Positions 24,516 to 31,880 of a DNA stretch of 32,000 nucleotides are shown one piece after another. The stretch spans positions 1,020,001-1,052,000 of the forward strand of contig NC_014972.1 of assembly GCF_000186885.1 (NCBI RefSeq), in the 5' to 3' direction. This DNA is from Desulfobulbus propionicus DSM 2032. Lineage in GTDB: Bacteria; Desulfobacterota; Desulfobulbia; Desulfobulbales; Desulfobulbaceae. Every line of letters begins with the position of its first letter. Position 1 is the stretch's first letter. Position numbers and translations under genes: made by a program. Below the pieces are notes generated by a model. It did no database searches and was not told the origin of the DNA. It worked only from the letters and a program-made list of their open reading frames with translations.

Positions 24516-24668
24516 ACCTCGATTGGCAAGGATGGGTACTGTTTCAGTGAACAGAAGAAGTTACCTCTGAGCATGCGCGAAGAGAATTGTTTGCCAGGAA
24601 AGCTTGAGCAGACAGCGTCCGCATGTGAAAGAGCGGTGGGATTCATCAATAAATAAGGAGGATTTGGT

Positions 24669-25679
24669 ATGTTAGGGAAAAAATGGTTGTTTTTGGCTGT
24701 GGCGGCAATGATGGCTGTATTCGCGAGTTCGGCTCTGGCGGACACCTCGGTTTCGTGGGTATCGCCGTCGAATGGGTCTTCCTATGTTGAGGGCACGGTT
24801 CTCGGTGCATCGCAACCCGACGGCGCCATTACCGGTCAGGCCGGCGCCAGCGGTATGACCGGCGGTACCGGTTTGGACCTGATGTTGGTCATTGATGTTT
24901 CCGGAAGTATGTCTGGCTCAAAACTCACTGCTGTGAAAGCGGCTGCGGTTGCCTTGGTCAACTCTCTCCCTAACAACACAACGCAAGTTGGCATTGTGAA
25001 ATATAGTTCCAGTGCAAATATGGTTGAGATGCTTCAGGATTTGACGAGCAATAAATCAGATTTGATTGCAACGATCAACGGGTTGTCTGCAAGTGGATCA
25101 ACAGCGACTGGGACCGCAATTCAAGTTGCTACAGCTGAGTTGCTTTCTTCACGTGCCATTGCTGGCCATGCTAAAATGGAGGTCGTGTTGAGTGATGGTG
25201 AGTACAATGTGGGCATCGACCCTAAGATTGCTGCAGCACAGGCACACGCGCAAGGGATTACCGTGCATACCGTAGGTGTTCAATTATACGGTACCGGTTA
25301 CACGTCTATGCAGCAAACAGCTGTTGCAGGTGGCGGTATTTTTACCAATGTTAACAACCTCAATGACCTTGTGGCACTTTTCAGCGGTACCGGCGGCAAT
25401 CTGGTCGGTCTTGACCATGTGGATATTCAGCTAGCCGATGGGTCTTGGAAATATGACATCGCCACCGATGGTTTGGGCAACTTCATCCTTCCTGATCAGG
25501 TGATTGCCCTCGGAGCCAACACCTTCACCGCCCATGCCTATGGCACGGATGGAACCTCCGCTTCTGCGGTGTTAACCCTTTACGGGACTCCGAATGCCGT
25601 TCCCGAGCCCACCACCATGCTGCTGTTCGGCGTTGGCTTGGCCGGTCTGGTTGGTTTGAGCAGAGCAAGAAAGGCATGA
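24669..25679 (+). CDS. Secreted von Willebrand factor A (vWA/MIDAS) domain protein with C-terminal PEP-CTERM sorting signal
   Basis: Strong Shine-Dalgarno AAGGAGG 7 nt upstream. Signal peptide MLGKKWLFLAVAAMMAVFASSALA. The MIDAS is complete: DVSGSMSG (DxSxS), SGSTATGTAI (Thr) and VLSDGE (Asp). A beta-rich C-terminal module follows, then VPEPTTMLLFGVGLAGLVGLSRARK. Confidence 0.9.
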   Translation: MLGKKWLFLAVAAMMAVFASSALADTSVSWVSPSNGSSYVEGTVLGASQPDGAITGQAGASGMTGGTGLDLMLVIDVSGSMSGSKLTAVKAAAVALVNSLPNNTTQVGIVKYSSSANMVEMLQDLTSNKSDLIATINGLSASGSTATGTAIQVATAELLSSRAIAGHAKMEVVLSDGEYNVGIDPKIAAAQAHAQGITVHTVGVQLYGTGYTSMQQTAVAGGGIFTNVNNLNDLVALFSGTGGNLVGLDHVDIQLADGSWKYDIATDGLGNFILPDQVIALGANTFTAHAYGTDGTSASAVLTLYGTPNAVPEPTTMLLFGVGLAGLVGLSRARKA

Positions 25680-25712
25680 GATAAGTTACTCTGCAATACC
25701 GTTTCCACCCAA

Positions 25713-25743
25713 GGCAAGCATGAATAATGCTTGCCTTTTTTTT
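25713..25743 (+). terminator. Rho-independent terminator after the vWA gene
   Basis: GGCAAGCAT-gaata-ATGCTTGCC followed by T8. Confidence 0.88.
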
Positions 25744-25767
25744 ATGTTCCACGGTAGAGGATAGACC

Positions 25768-27903
25768 ATGCTGACACGGGTGATAACTGCGTTGCGTCCT
25801 AGAAAATTTGAGATGACGGAGGAGAATGTGAAGAAATTGTTTCGCCAATGCGATTCGATGCGGCTGGCTCTAGCGGCTACTCTTTTTTTGTTGTTTGTTC
25901 TTGCCGCGGTCAACGCCAGGGCTGTTCCCATGCAGTCGTTGGATGCAACCGGGGATGCCGTGGAACTCAGCGTTGAGGTGGAAAAGGATCCGGACAGTTT
26001 CATTGACTTGATGAAACAGGAATTCGCACGGGGCAATATCGACAGCGCCGGCTATTTTGCGGAACAATTGGTGCCACTGCGACCGCAAGAGGCAGACGTG
26101 CACGCGATCTATAGCATTTCGTTGGCGGCCACCGGCAAGAACGCGGAAGCGCGCGAGCAACTCAACGCCGCGAAACGGCTGGGGCCAGATACTCTTTTCA
26201 CCCTGGCCGCTGAGGCGATCATCCTCCAGCGGGAAAAAAATTACACTGAGGCGATAAAGAAATGTGAGCAGGCGATAGCCTTAAACGCAACCCACCCCTA
26301 TCCGCGCAACATCCTGGGAAGAGTGTATGCCGACATGGGACATCATGCAAAAGCACTTGATTGTTTCCAAAAGGCAGTGGAGTTGAAAGTGGATTTTCTT
26401 CTCGGGTACATCAATCTCGGTGCTGTGTCCTATCTTACCGGTGATTATGAGCGATCCATCGCCTCGTTTTCCAAAGCCATCGAACTGAACCGCAACGCAT
26501 ACGCCGCCCATTATGGCCTTGGTGTTGTTTATGAAACCTTGGGAAAAAACAAAGAGGCCATGCAGGCCTTGCAAAAAAGCCTGGAATTGCGTCCCGGCAA
26601 TGCCTCTGCCCTGGAGACATTGGGTAAACTACAGTTGAAGGAAGGGTTGATTGAAGCCGCCTTGCAGACCGGCAATGAAATGGCGAGCAAGAATATGGAT
26701 GGCGCTTTCGTGCTGCTTGGGGATGCGTTGCTTCAAGCCGGGAAGACGGACGAGGCTATCGCATCGTTGAAAAAAGCACCACAGGGCGGAGCCGAAGTGC
26801 CCTATCTGCTTGGTTACTGCGAAATGGTCCAAGGTCGATATGAAGCGGCCGAAAGACTGATGGAAGACGTCTTGAAAATTGATCCCCGCCATTTTGGCGC
26901 ATACAGCGCCAGAACGGCCTTGAAATTGTATCTTGGGAAACCGATCGATCCCAAAAAGGAGTTGGCCAATCAGTGGGACCCTGCCATCGGGAAACTGCTT
27001 CATTTCACCGCCGGATGCCTGGCCGCCACCGAAAAACGGTGGCCGGATGCGCTGAAGGAATTTCAATCCTCTGAAGGGATGATTAACGGATATTCATTGG
27101 CAGGGATTGACCCAAAAACCTTCACCGCAGGGATCAATGAAAAGGAAGGACGATATTTGAACCTTGGTGTGCTGTATTATTTCAAAAGGCTCTTTCCCCA
27201 GAGCTTGAGCGAATTTTCCAAGGCCATCGAGATCAATCCTCGTTCCCTTCTCGGCAATTATTGGGCGGCTCAAGTCTGTTTGCAGAAGAAAGATCGTGCC
27301 CAAGCCATGCAATTTTTCACGAGCGCGGTGCAAGAAGCCCCCAAATTCTTTGCAGCCCTCTATGCGCTCGGCGAATTGCATTTCATGGCTGGAAAAGTTG
27401 ATGCGGCCGCAGACTATTATCGTCAGGCGGTGAACGTACACAAGGATCCGGGTCTTTTGATCAAACTTGGCCTGCATGCTGAGCAAACCGGCAACAACGA
27501 GGATGCGGCAAAATATTATCAGGAAGTCATCGACACCTTTCCGACTTTTTTTGTCGGCTATAATCAACTGGCTTGGTTATACGCCAAGCGGGGCGTTGAG
27601 TTGGATACGGCCATGCGCTTGGCACAAAAAGCGGATGAGCTTCAACCAGGCAATGCCAGCATTCTCGATACAATCGGGTGGATCCACTTTCAAAAGAAAA
27701 AGTTTGACGCAGCTGCTTCCCACCTCGAGAAAGCTCTCGAAAGCAACCCGAATAATCCAACAATTCTTTATCACCTAGGACGCACTCTCCTGGCTCAGGG
27801 GAAGAGCGATGCCGCCATGGGCCATCTGCGTCGCGCTCTTGAGTTGTCACCGAAGTTTGAGGGGGCAGAGGACGCGCGAAAATTGCTGGGGAAGGAGCAA
27901 TAA
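25768..27903 (+). CDS. Large TPR-repeat protein with N-terminal signal/anchor, PrsT-like (PEP-CTERM-system-associated TPR protein family resemblance)
   Basis: 711-aa ORF with many TPR units (for example AIELNRNAYAAHYGLGVVYETLGKNKEAMQALQKSLELRPGNASAL). The C-terminal block NQLAWLYAKRGVELDTAMRLAQKADELQPGNASILDTIGWIHFQKKKFDAAASHLEKALESNPNNPTILYHLG resembles the PrsT C-terminus as I recall it. ATG 25768 has GAGG 7 nt upstream. The alternative start GTG 25828 follows GGAGGAG and would give a cleaner signal peptide, MKKLFRQCDSMRLALAATLFLLFVLAAVNA. Confidence 0.8.
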   Translation: MLTRVITALRPRKFEMTEENVKKLFRQCDSMRLALAATLFLLFVLAAVNARAVPMQSLDATGDAVELSVEVEKDPDSFIDLMKQEFARGNIDSAGYFAEQLVPLRPQEADVHAIYSISLAATGKNAEAREQLNAAKRLGPDTLFTLAAEAIILQREKNYTEAIKKCEQAIALNATHPYPRNILGRVYADMGHHAKALDCFQKAVELKVDFLLGYINLGAVSYLTGDYERSIASFSKAIELNRNAYAAHYGLGVVYETLGKNKEAMQALQKSLELRPGNASALETLGKLQLKEGLIEAALQTGNEMASKNMDGAFVLLGDALLQAGKTDEAIASLKKAPQGGAEVPYLLGYCEMVQGRYEAAERLMEDVLKIDPRHFGAYSARTALKLYLGKPIDPKKELANQWDPAIGKLLHFTAGCLAATEKRWPDALKEFQSSEGMINGYSLAGIDPKTFTAGINEKEGRYLNLGVLYYFKRLFPQSLSEFSKAIEINPRSLLGNYWAAQVCLQKKDRAQAMQFFTSAVQEAPKFFAALYALGELHFMAGKVDAAADYYRQAVNVHKDPGLLIKLGLHAEQTGNNEDAAKYYQEVIDTFPTFFVGYNQLAWLYAKRGVELDTAMRLAQKADELQPGNASILDTIGWIHFQKKKFDAAASHLEKALESNPNNPTILYHLGRTLLAQGKSDAAMGHLRRALELSPKFEGAEDARKLLGKEQ

Positions 27904-27948
27904 GTTGGCAGTATCAATTGCGTGGCTGTTTTTGTGATCATCGAGCAA

Positions 27949-27977
27949 CGCCTGACCCTCTTCGGTCAGGCGTTTTT
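27949..27977 (+). terminator. Rho-independent terminator after the TPR gene
   Basis: CGCCTGACC-ctcttc-GGTCAGGCG followed by T5. Confidence 0.85.
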
Positions 27978-28089
27978 GCTTTGTGGCCGCAAATCTCCTT
28001 GCACTCTTTGACCGAAAAGAGACGTTGTATATGCCGGTACAGCAAGAGGGAAATTTGCAACGATGTCTCGGGGATTGTTGAGCTTTTCC

Positions 28090-28119
28090 TTGACAAAATG
28101 CGGTGATTTGCTTTACGAT
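28090..28119 (+). promoter_or_regulatory. Sigma70-type promoter candidate for serA
   Basis: TTGACA (28090..28095), 18 nt, TACGAT (28114..28119). This would give a leader of roughly 185 nt containing several hairpins. Confidence 0.4.
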
Positions 28120-28310
28120 TTCGCGTTTTTTATGCCTGCTGCGGAATGTGGTTCCGTCACTTTGCTGGTATTCCGTGCTATTGTTGTGTTGCCTCCCCGA
28201 GTCTGAAGGCTGCGAACCGAAAAACGGGTTCGAAAATCGGGCTTGCGGGAAAGGTTGATCACTTTTAATTGTTTCCCTCATCTTGCCTCTCTCTCAACAA
28301 GGACGAAACC

Positions 28311-29513
28311 ATGAAGCAATTCAAAATCAAGACCATCAACGCCATTGCCAAGGAAGGATTGAAGCTGTTTGGCACTCGATTTGCCGTCAGCCCGGATGAG
28401 GCGGCGCCCGAGGGCATCGTGGTCCGCAGTTCCAAGGTGGATCTCTCCCTGTTTCCCGAGCTGCTGGCGGTGGCCCGTGCCGGTGCCGGAGTCAACAATA
28501 TCCCGGTGGAAGAGGCCACGGAGAAAGGCGTTTGCGTGTTCAACACCCCCGGCGCCAATGCCAACGCCGTGGTCGAGCTGGTGTACACGTCCCTTGGTAT
28601 CTGGCTGCGCAATGTCGAGAAGTCCATCGAGTTCTGCCAGGGACTGACCGGCATGAATGACGAGGAGATCAACAAGGAAGTCGAGGCTCGCAAGAAGAAG
28701 TTCAAGGGCGAGGAAATGGCCGGCAAGACCCTGGCGGTGTTCGGTCTGGGCAAGATCGGTGTCGGCGTCGCCAATGCGGGCTTGCACCATGGCATGCGCG
28801 TTCTCGGCTTTGATCCGTTTCCGGCCCTCGACAACATCCACCACCTCGCCCCCGAGGTCACCTTGGCCCGCTCACGCAAGGAGGCCTTGGCCGATGCCGA
28901 TTTCATCTCCATCCACATGCCGCTCAACAAGAACACCCGCGGCTATGTGACCGAGAAGGATTTTCTCGAGTTCGTCAAGGACGGGGCAGTGCTGATCAAT
29001 TATGCCCGTGGGCCGATTGTTGACGAGGATGCGGTCCTGGCCTCCCTGGCCAGCGGCAAGCTCAGGGGGCATATCTCCGATTTTCCCTCGGTTAAATTTC
29101 TTGGTCACGAGCAGATCCTGGTGACGCCGCATCTTGGCGCCTCCACCGCCGAATCCGAGGAGAACTGCGCCACCATGGCGGTGCGCGAGCTGAAGAACTA
29201 TCTTGAATTCGGCAATATCGTCCATAGCGTCAACTTCCCCAACATCGAAACCATTCCCACGGTCGATGTCCATACCCGCCTGACCGTGATCAACCGCGAC
29301 CAGCCGGGAATGATCGGCATGATCAGCAACATCCTGGGAGCCGAGCGGATCAACATCATGAACTACACCAACAAGAGCAACGGGACGGTTGGTTACAACA
29401 TCATTGATTGCGCCGGCCCGGTTTCGGAGGAGGTGCAGACAAAGATCGCCCAGCAGGACGGAGTATTGCGGGTGCGGGTGATTCCCTTGGAGATCAAGGG
29501 ACGCGTTGACTGA
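28311..29513 (+). CDS. serA: D-3-phosphoglycerate dehydrogenase (2-hydroxyacid dehydrogenase with C-terminal ACT domain)
   Basis: MKQFKIKTINAIAKEGL start. NAD-binding site GKTLAVFGLGKIGVGVA, catalytic region YARGPIVDEDA...TPHLGAST, and a C-terminal ACT-like segment RLTVINRDQPGMIGMISNILGAERINI. Start ATG 28311 follows AAGGA. Confidence 0.88.
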   Translation: MKQFKIKTINAIAKEGLKLFGTRFAVSPDEAAPEGIVVRSSKVDLSLFPELLAVARAGAGVNNIPVEEATEKGVCVFNTPGANANAVVELVYTSLGIWLRNVEKSIEFCQGLTGMNDEEINKEVEARKKKFKGEEMAGKTLAVFGLGKIGVGVANAGLHHGMRVLGFDPFPALDNIHHLAPEVTLARSRKEALADADFISIHMPLNKNTRGYVTEKDFLEFVKDGAVLINYARGPIVDEDAVLASLASGKLRGHISDFPSVKFLGHEQILVTPHLGASTAESEENCATMAVRELKNYLEFGNIVHSVNFPNIETIPTVDVHTRLTVINRDQPGMIGMISNILGAERINIMNYTNKSNGTVGYNIIDCAGPVSEEVQTKIAQQDGVLRVRVIPLEIKGRVD

Positions 29514-29799
29514 AGTGGGTAAAAAATATCCAGTTTTTATTCGCAAGTCAGGTGGGATGTATAAAAATGTTGATCTTTTAACTTATTGATGTGACGAATT
29601 TTTATTTTTTCTTTTTTCTTCATGGCTAGGGATGATTAAAAATATTGAACTTTTTTCTCTTGGCCAATGGCGGAAAGCACTGGAAGGAAGAAGTGTATCT
29701 CTTTGTTATCGTTATTTCTTTTTTTTTGACGAGAGCGGACTGAAAAACGGCATGAAGCATGCTAATAGTTAAGCAATTCTTCATCTCTTCTCTCCTTTT

Positions 29800-29837
29800 C
29801 CGGCTTGGTTCCTCGATGGATCAAGCCGGTTTTTTTT
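29800..29837 (+). terminator. Intrinsic terminator-like hairpin with no upstream ORF (orphan), abutting the DUF362 gene start
   Basis: CCGGCTTG-gttcctcgatggat-CAAGCCGG followed by T8 (29830..29837). The next ATG is at 29843. Confidence 0.6.
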
Positions 29838-29842
29838 GAAGG

Positions 29843-30775
29843 ATGCAACTCTCCAGCCCCAACGTCGCCTTGATGGCGCACCCGACCTACGAGCAGTCAC
29901 TGATGGCGGCGGTCGATCGACTGCTTGTCCCGTGCTTTGCCGGGGTGAATCTACGTGGCGCGCGGGTTGTGCTCAAGCCCAACCTGATCACCACCACCAA
30001 TGGCCATCTGTCCTGTACCGATGGCCGGTTGATCGAGGCGGCGGCGGCGTGGTTTCTGACCCAGGGGGCTCGGGTGGGGGTCGGCGATTCCCCCTCCTTT
30101 GGGAGCGCGCGCGCGGTGCTCGCGGCCATCGGCGCCTTGCCGAGGTTGCAGCGACTCAGCGTGCCGATTGTCGAATTTCGGCACAAACGGCCGATCAAGC
30201 TGCCGAGCGGCCGGGAAGCACCCTTGGCCACGGCGGCCCTGGATTGCGATTTTCTGGTGAATCTGCCGAAAATCAAGGCTCATTCGCAAATGCGCCTGAC
30301 CCTGGCGGTGAAGAATTATTTCGGCTGCGTGCTGGGGTTCCACAAACCCTGGTGGCACATGATCCATGGCGGTAGCCACGAACCTTTTGCCCGGCTGCTG
30401 GTGGATCTGCTGACCGTTCTTCCACCCGGCTGTTCCCTGGTGGACGGGATCATGGCCATGCACGGCACCGGTCCCATCCATGGTGGCCCCTACCCCCTGG
30501 GGCTGCTTGCGGCGGCAACCAATCCCGTGGCGGTCGATACCGCGCTGCTGGCCGTGCTGGGGGTTGATCCTCGGCGCTGTCCGCTGTGGTTGGCGGCCCA
30601 TGGGGCAGGAATCAGGGGTACCAGGGAGGAGGAACTGTCCTTTACGCTGCTTGCCCCTGGTGCGTTTGCGGTGGACGATTTCATTGTTCCCGAGGAGTTG
30701 GCCCCGGTGCGCTTCAATCCCGTGCGGTTCGTCAAGAGTTCGCTGCAACGGGCGCTGCTCCGTGTGCTTGGCTGA
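29843..30775 (+). CDS. DUF362 domain-containing protein
   Basis: 310 aa. The N-terminal layout VALMAHPTYEQSLMAAVDRLL...GARVVLKPNLITT...TDGRLIEAAAAWFLTQGARVGVGDS, then LPKIKAHSQMRLTLAVKNYFG and DGIMAMHGTGP, fits the DUF362 pattern as I remember it. Function is unknown. Confidence 0.7.
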   Translation: MQLSSPNVALMAHPTYEQSLMAAVDRLLVPCFAGVNLRGARVVLKPNLITTTNGHLSCTDGRLIEAAAAWFLTQGARVGVGDSPSFGSARAVLAAIGALPRLQRLSVPIVEFRHKRPIKLPSGREAPLATAALDCDFLVNLPKIKAHSQMRLTLAVKNYFGCVLGFHKPWWHMIHGGSHEPFARLLVDLLTVLPPGCSLVDGIMAMHGTGPIHGGPYPLGLLAAATNPVAVDTALLAVLGVDPRRCPLWLAAHGAGIRGTREEELSFTLLAPGAFAVDDFIVPEELAPVRFNPVRFVKSSLQRALLRVLG

Positions 30776-30853
30776 GGAGCAGTCGATGGAAGGTGTTTAA
30801 TTGCAACGCATAATCAGCCGCCTGTGGCGGCGTCATAGACCAAGGAAGAGTAT

Positions 30854-31606
30854 ATGATTGATTTACAAGGAAAAGTGGCTCTGGTGACCGGCGGCTCGCG
30901 CGGGATCGGCAAATCTTTGGCGCAGCGGCTGGCCGCTCGGGGTGCCGAGGTGGTGATCAACTATGTCCGCCACCGGACCAATGCCAATGAGGTGGTGGCA
31001 GAGATCGAAAAGAGTGGTGGCCGGTGCGTGGCGCTCCGGGCCAATCTGGCCGACGAGGACGATATTGCCGCCATGTTTGCGGAGATCCGCAGCCGGTATT
31101 CCCGCCTGGATATCATCGTGTCCAATGCCGCCTCCGGTGTGCTCAAGCCGGTGGCCGAGTTGCGGGGGCGCCATTGGGATTGGGCGGTCAATATCAATGC
31201 CCGCGCCCTGATGCTGATCACCCAACAGGCCTTGCCGATGATGACCGCTGGCGGCCGGATCATCGCCATCTCGTCGATCGGCGCGGTCCGCGCCGTGTCC
31301 AACTATACCGTGGTGGGCGCCTCCAAGGGGGCTTTGGAATCACTGGTCCGCCATTTGGCAGTGGAACTCGGCCCCCTGGGAATCACCGTCAATACGGTCA
31401 GCGCCGGAGTCGTGGAGACCGATGCGTTGAAGAAATTCCCCAATCGGGAAGAGATCATCGCCACGGCCATGGCCCGCACGCCGCTGGGCCGCCTGACCCT
31501 GCCCGAGGATGTGGCGAACCTGACCCTGTTTTTGTGCAGCGACATGGCCAGCATGATTCATGGCCAAACCCTGGTGGTCGATGGCGGCTACGCCATTCAT
31601 GGGTGA
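30854..31606 (+). CDS. fabL: Enoyl-[acyl-carrier-protein] reductase, FabL-type (SDR family)
   Basis: 250 aa, collinear with my recollection of B. subtilis FabL: ALVTGGSRGIGK, VINYVRH, SNAASGVLKPVAELRGRHWDWAVNINARAL, ISSIGAVRAVSNYTVVGASKGALESL (Y-x6-K), VSAGVVETDALKKFPNREE and GQTLVVDGG. Confidence 0.8.
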   Translation: MIDLQGKVALVTGGSRGIGKSLAQRLAARGAEVVINYVRHRTNANEVVAEIEKSGGRCVALRANLADEDDIAAMFAEIRSRYSRLDIIVSNAASGVLKPVAELRGRHWDWAVNINARALMLITQQALPMMTAGGRIIAISSIGAVRAVSNYTVVGASKGALESLVRHLAVELGPLGITVNTVSAGVVETDALKKFPNREEIIATAMARTPLGRLTLPEDVANLTLFLCSDMASMIHGQTLVVDGGYAIHG

Positions 31607-31824
31607 GTGTTTTTCAAGAGCCGCCAGCAAAACTCGAAACAGCAGATGGCTGTCAAATAGAGCAGAACGGCGGTGACCAGCGAGGGCCAGCCAACCGCCG
31701 TACTGTGACACCACTGCTGAATCGGCCGAAATAGAGCGGCGCCGAATCCGGAGGCGTGCAACATCCAGAATCCGGGAAAAGTGCATCCAACGATCAGGTA
31801 AAAGCCGCGACGGAGAAGGGCCAT
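31597..31824 (-). CDS. Hypothetical small membrane protein (two predicted TM helices)
   Basis: 75-aa ORF MALLRRGFYLIVGCTFPGFWMLHASGFGAALF...VGWPSLVTAVLLYLTAICCFEFCW. It has no Shine-Dalgarno, its 3' end overlaps the convergent fabL stop by 10 nt, and I recognise no family. Confidence 0.3.
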   Translation of the reverse strand: MALLRRGFYLIVGCTFPGFWMLHASGFGAALFRPIQQWCHSTAVGWPSLVTAVLLYLTAICCFEFCWRLLKNTHP

Positions 31825-31880
31825 GGGGTGTCAGCTGGGGTTGTGGGAACGGGAGAATTATGACGATACGTCCTTGACTA

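Noticed and set aside
28196-28248. tRNA-like T-arm (GGGTTCGAAAATCGGG)
   Set aside because: The loop and stem do not match GGTTCGAATCC-type geometry. No acceptor, D or anticodon arms can be drawn around it. It is treated only as part of the serA leader structure.
27847-28281. 144-aa minus-strand ORF between the TPR gene and serA
   Set aside because: It runs straight through the TPR-gene terminator hairpin and the 3' end of the TPR CDS. It has low-complexity composition and no start signals. It is spurious.
29527-29613. 28-codon Lys-rich minus-strand ORF (MKKKEKIKIRHINKLKDQHFYTSHLTCE) in the AT-rich spacer
   Set aside because: It has no Shine-Dalgarno. Its composition simply mirrors the A/T tracts (poly-T read as Lys codons on the other strand). 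Chance ORFs of this size are expected in AT-rich DNA.
29655-29690. SRP (4.5S) RNA-like motif CTGGAAGGAAGAAG
   Set aside because: It superficially resembles the CCGGAAGGAAGCAGCC domain IV motif. However, there is no complementary strand to build the long conserved helix, and the surrounding sequence is AT-rich and unstructured.
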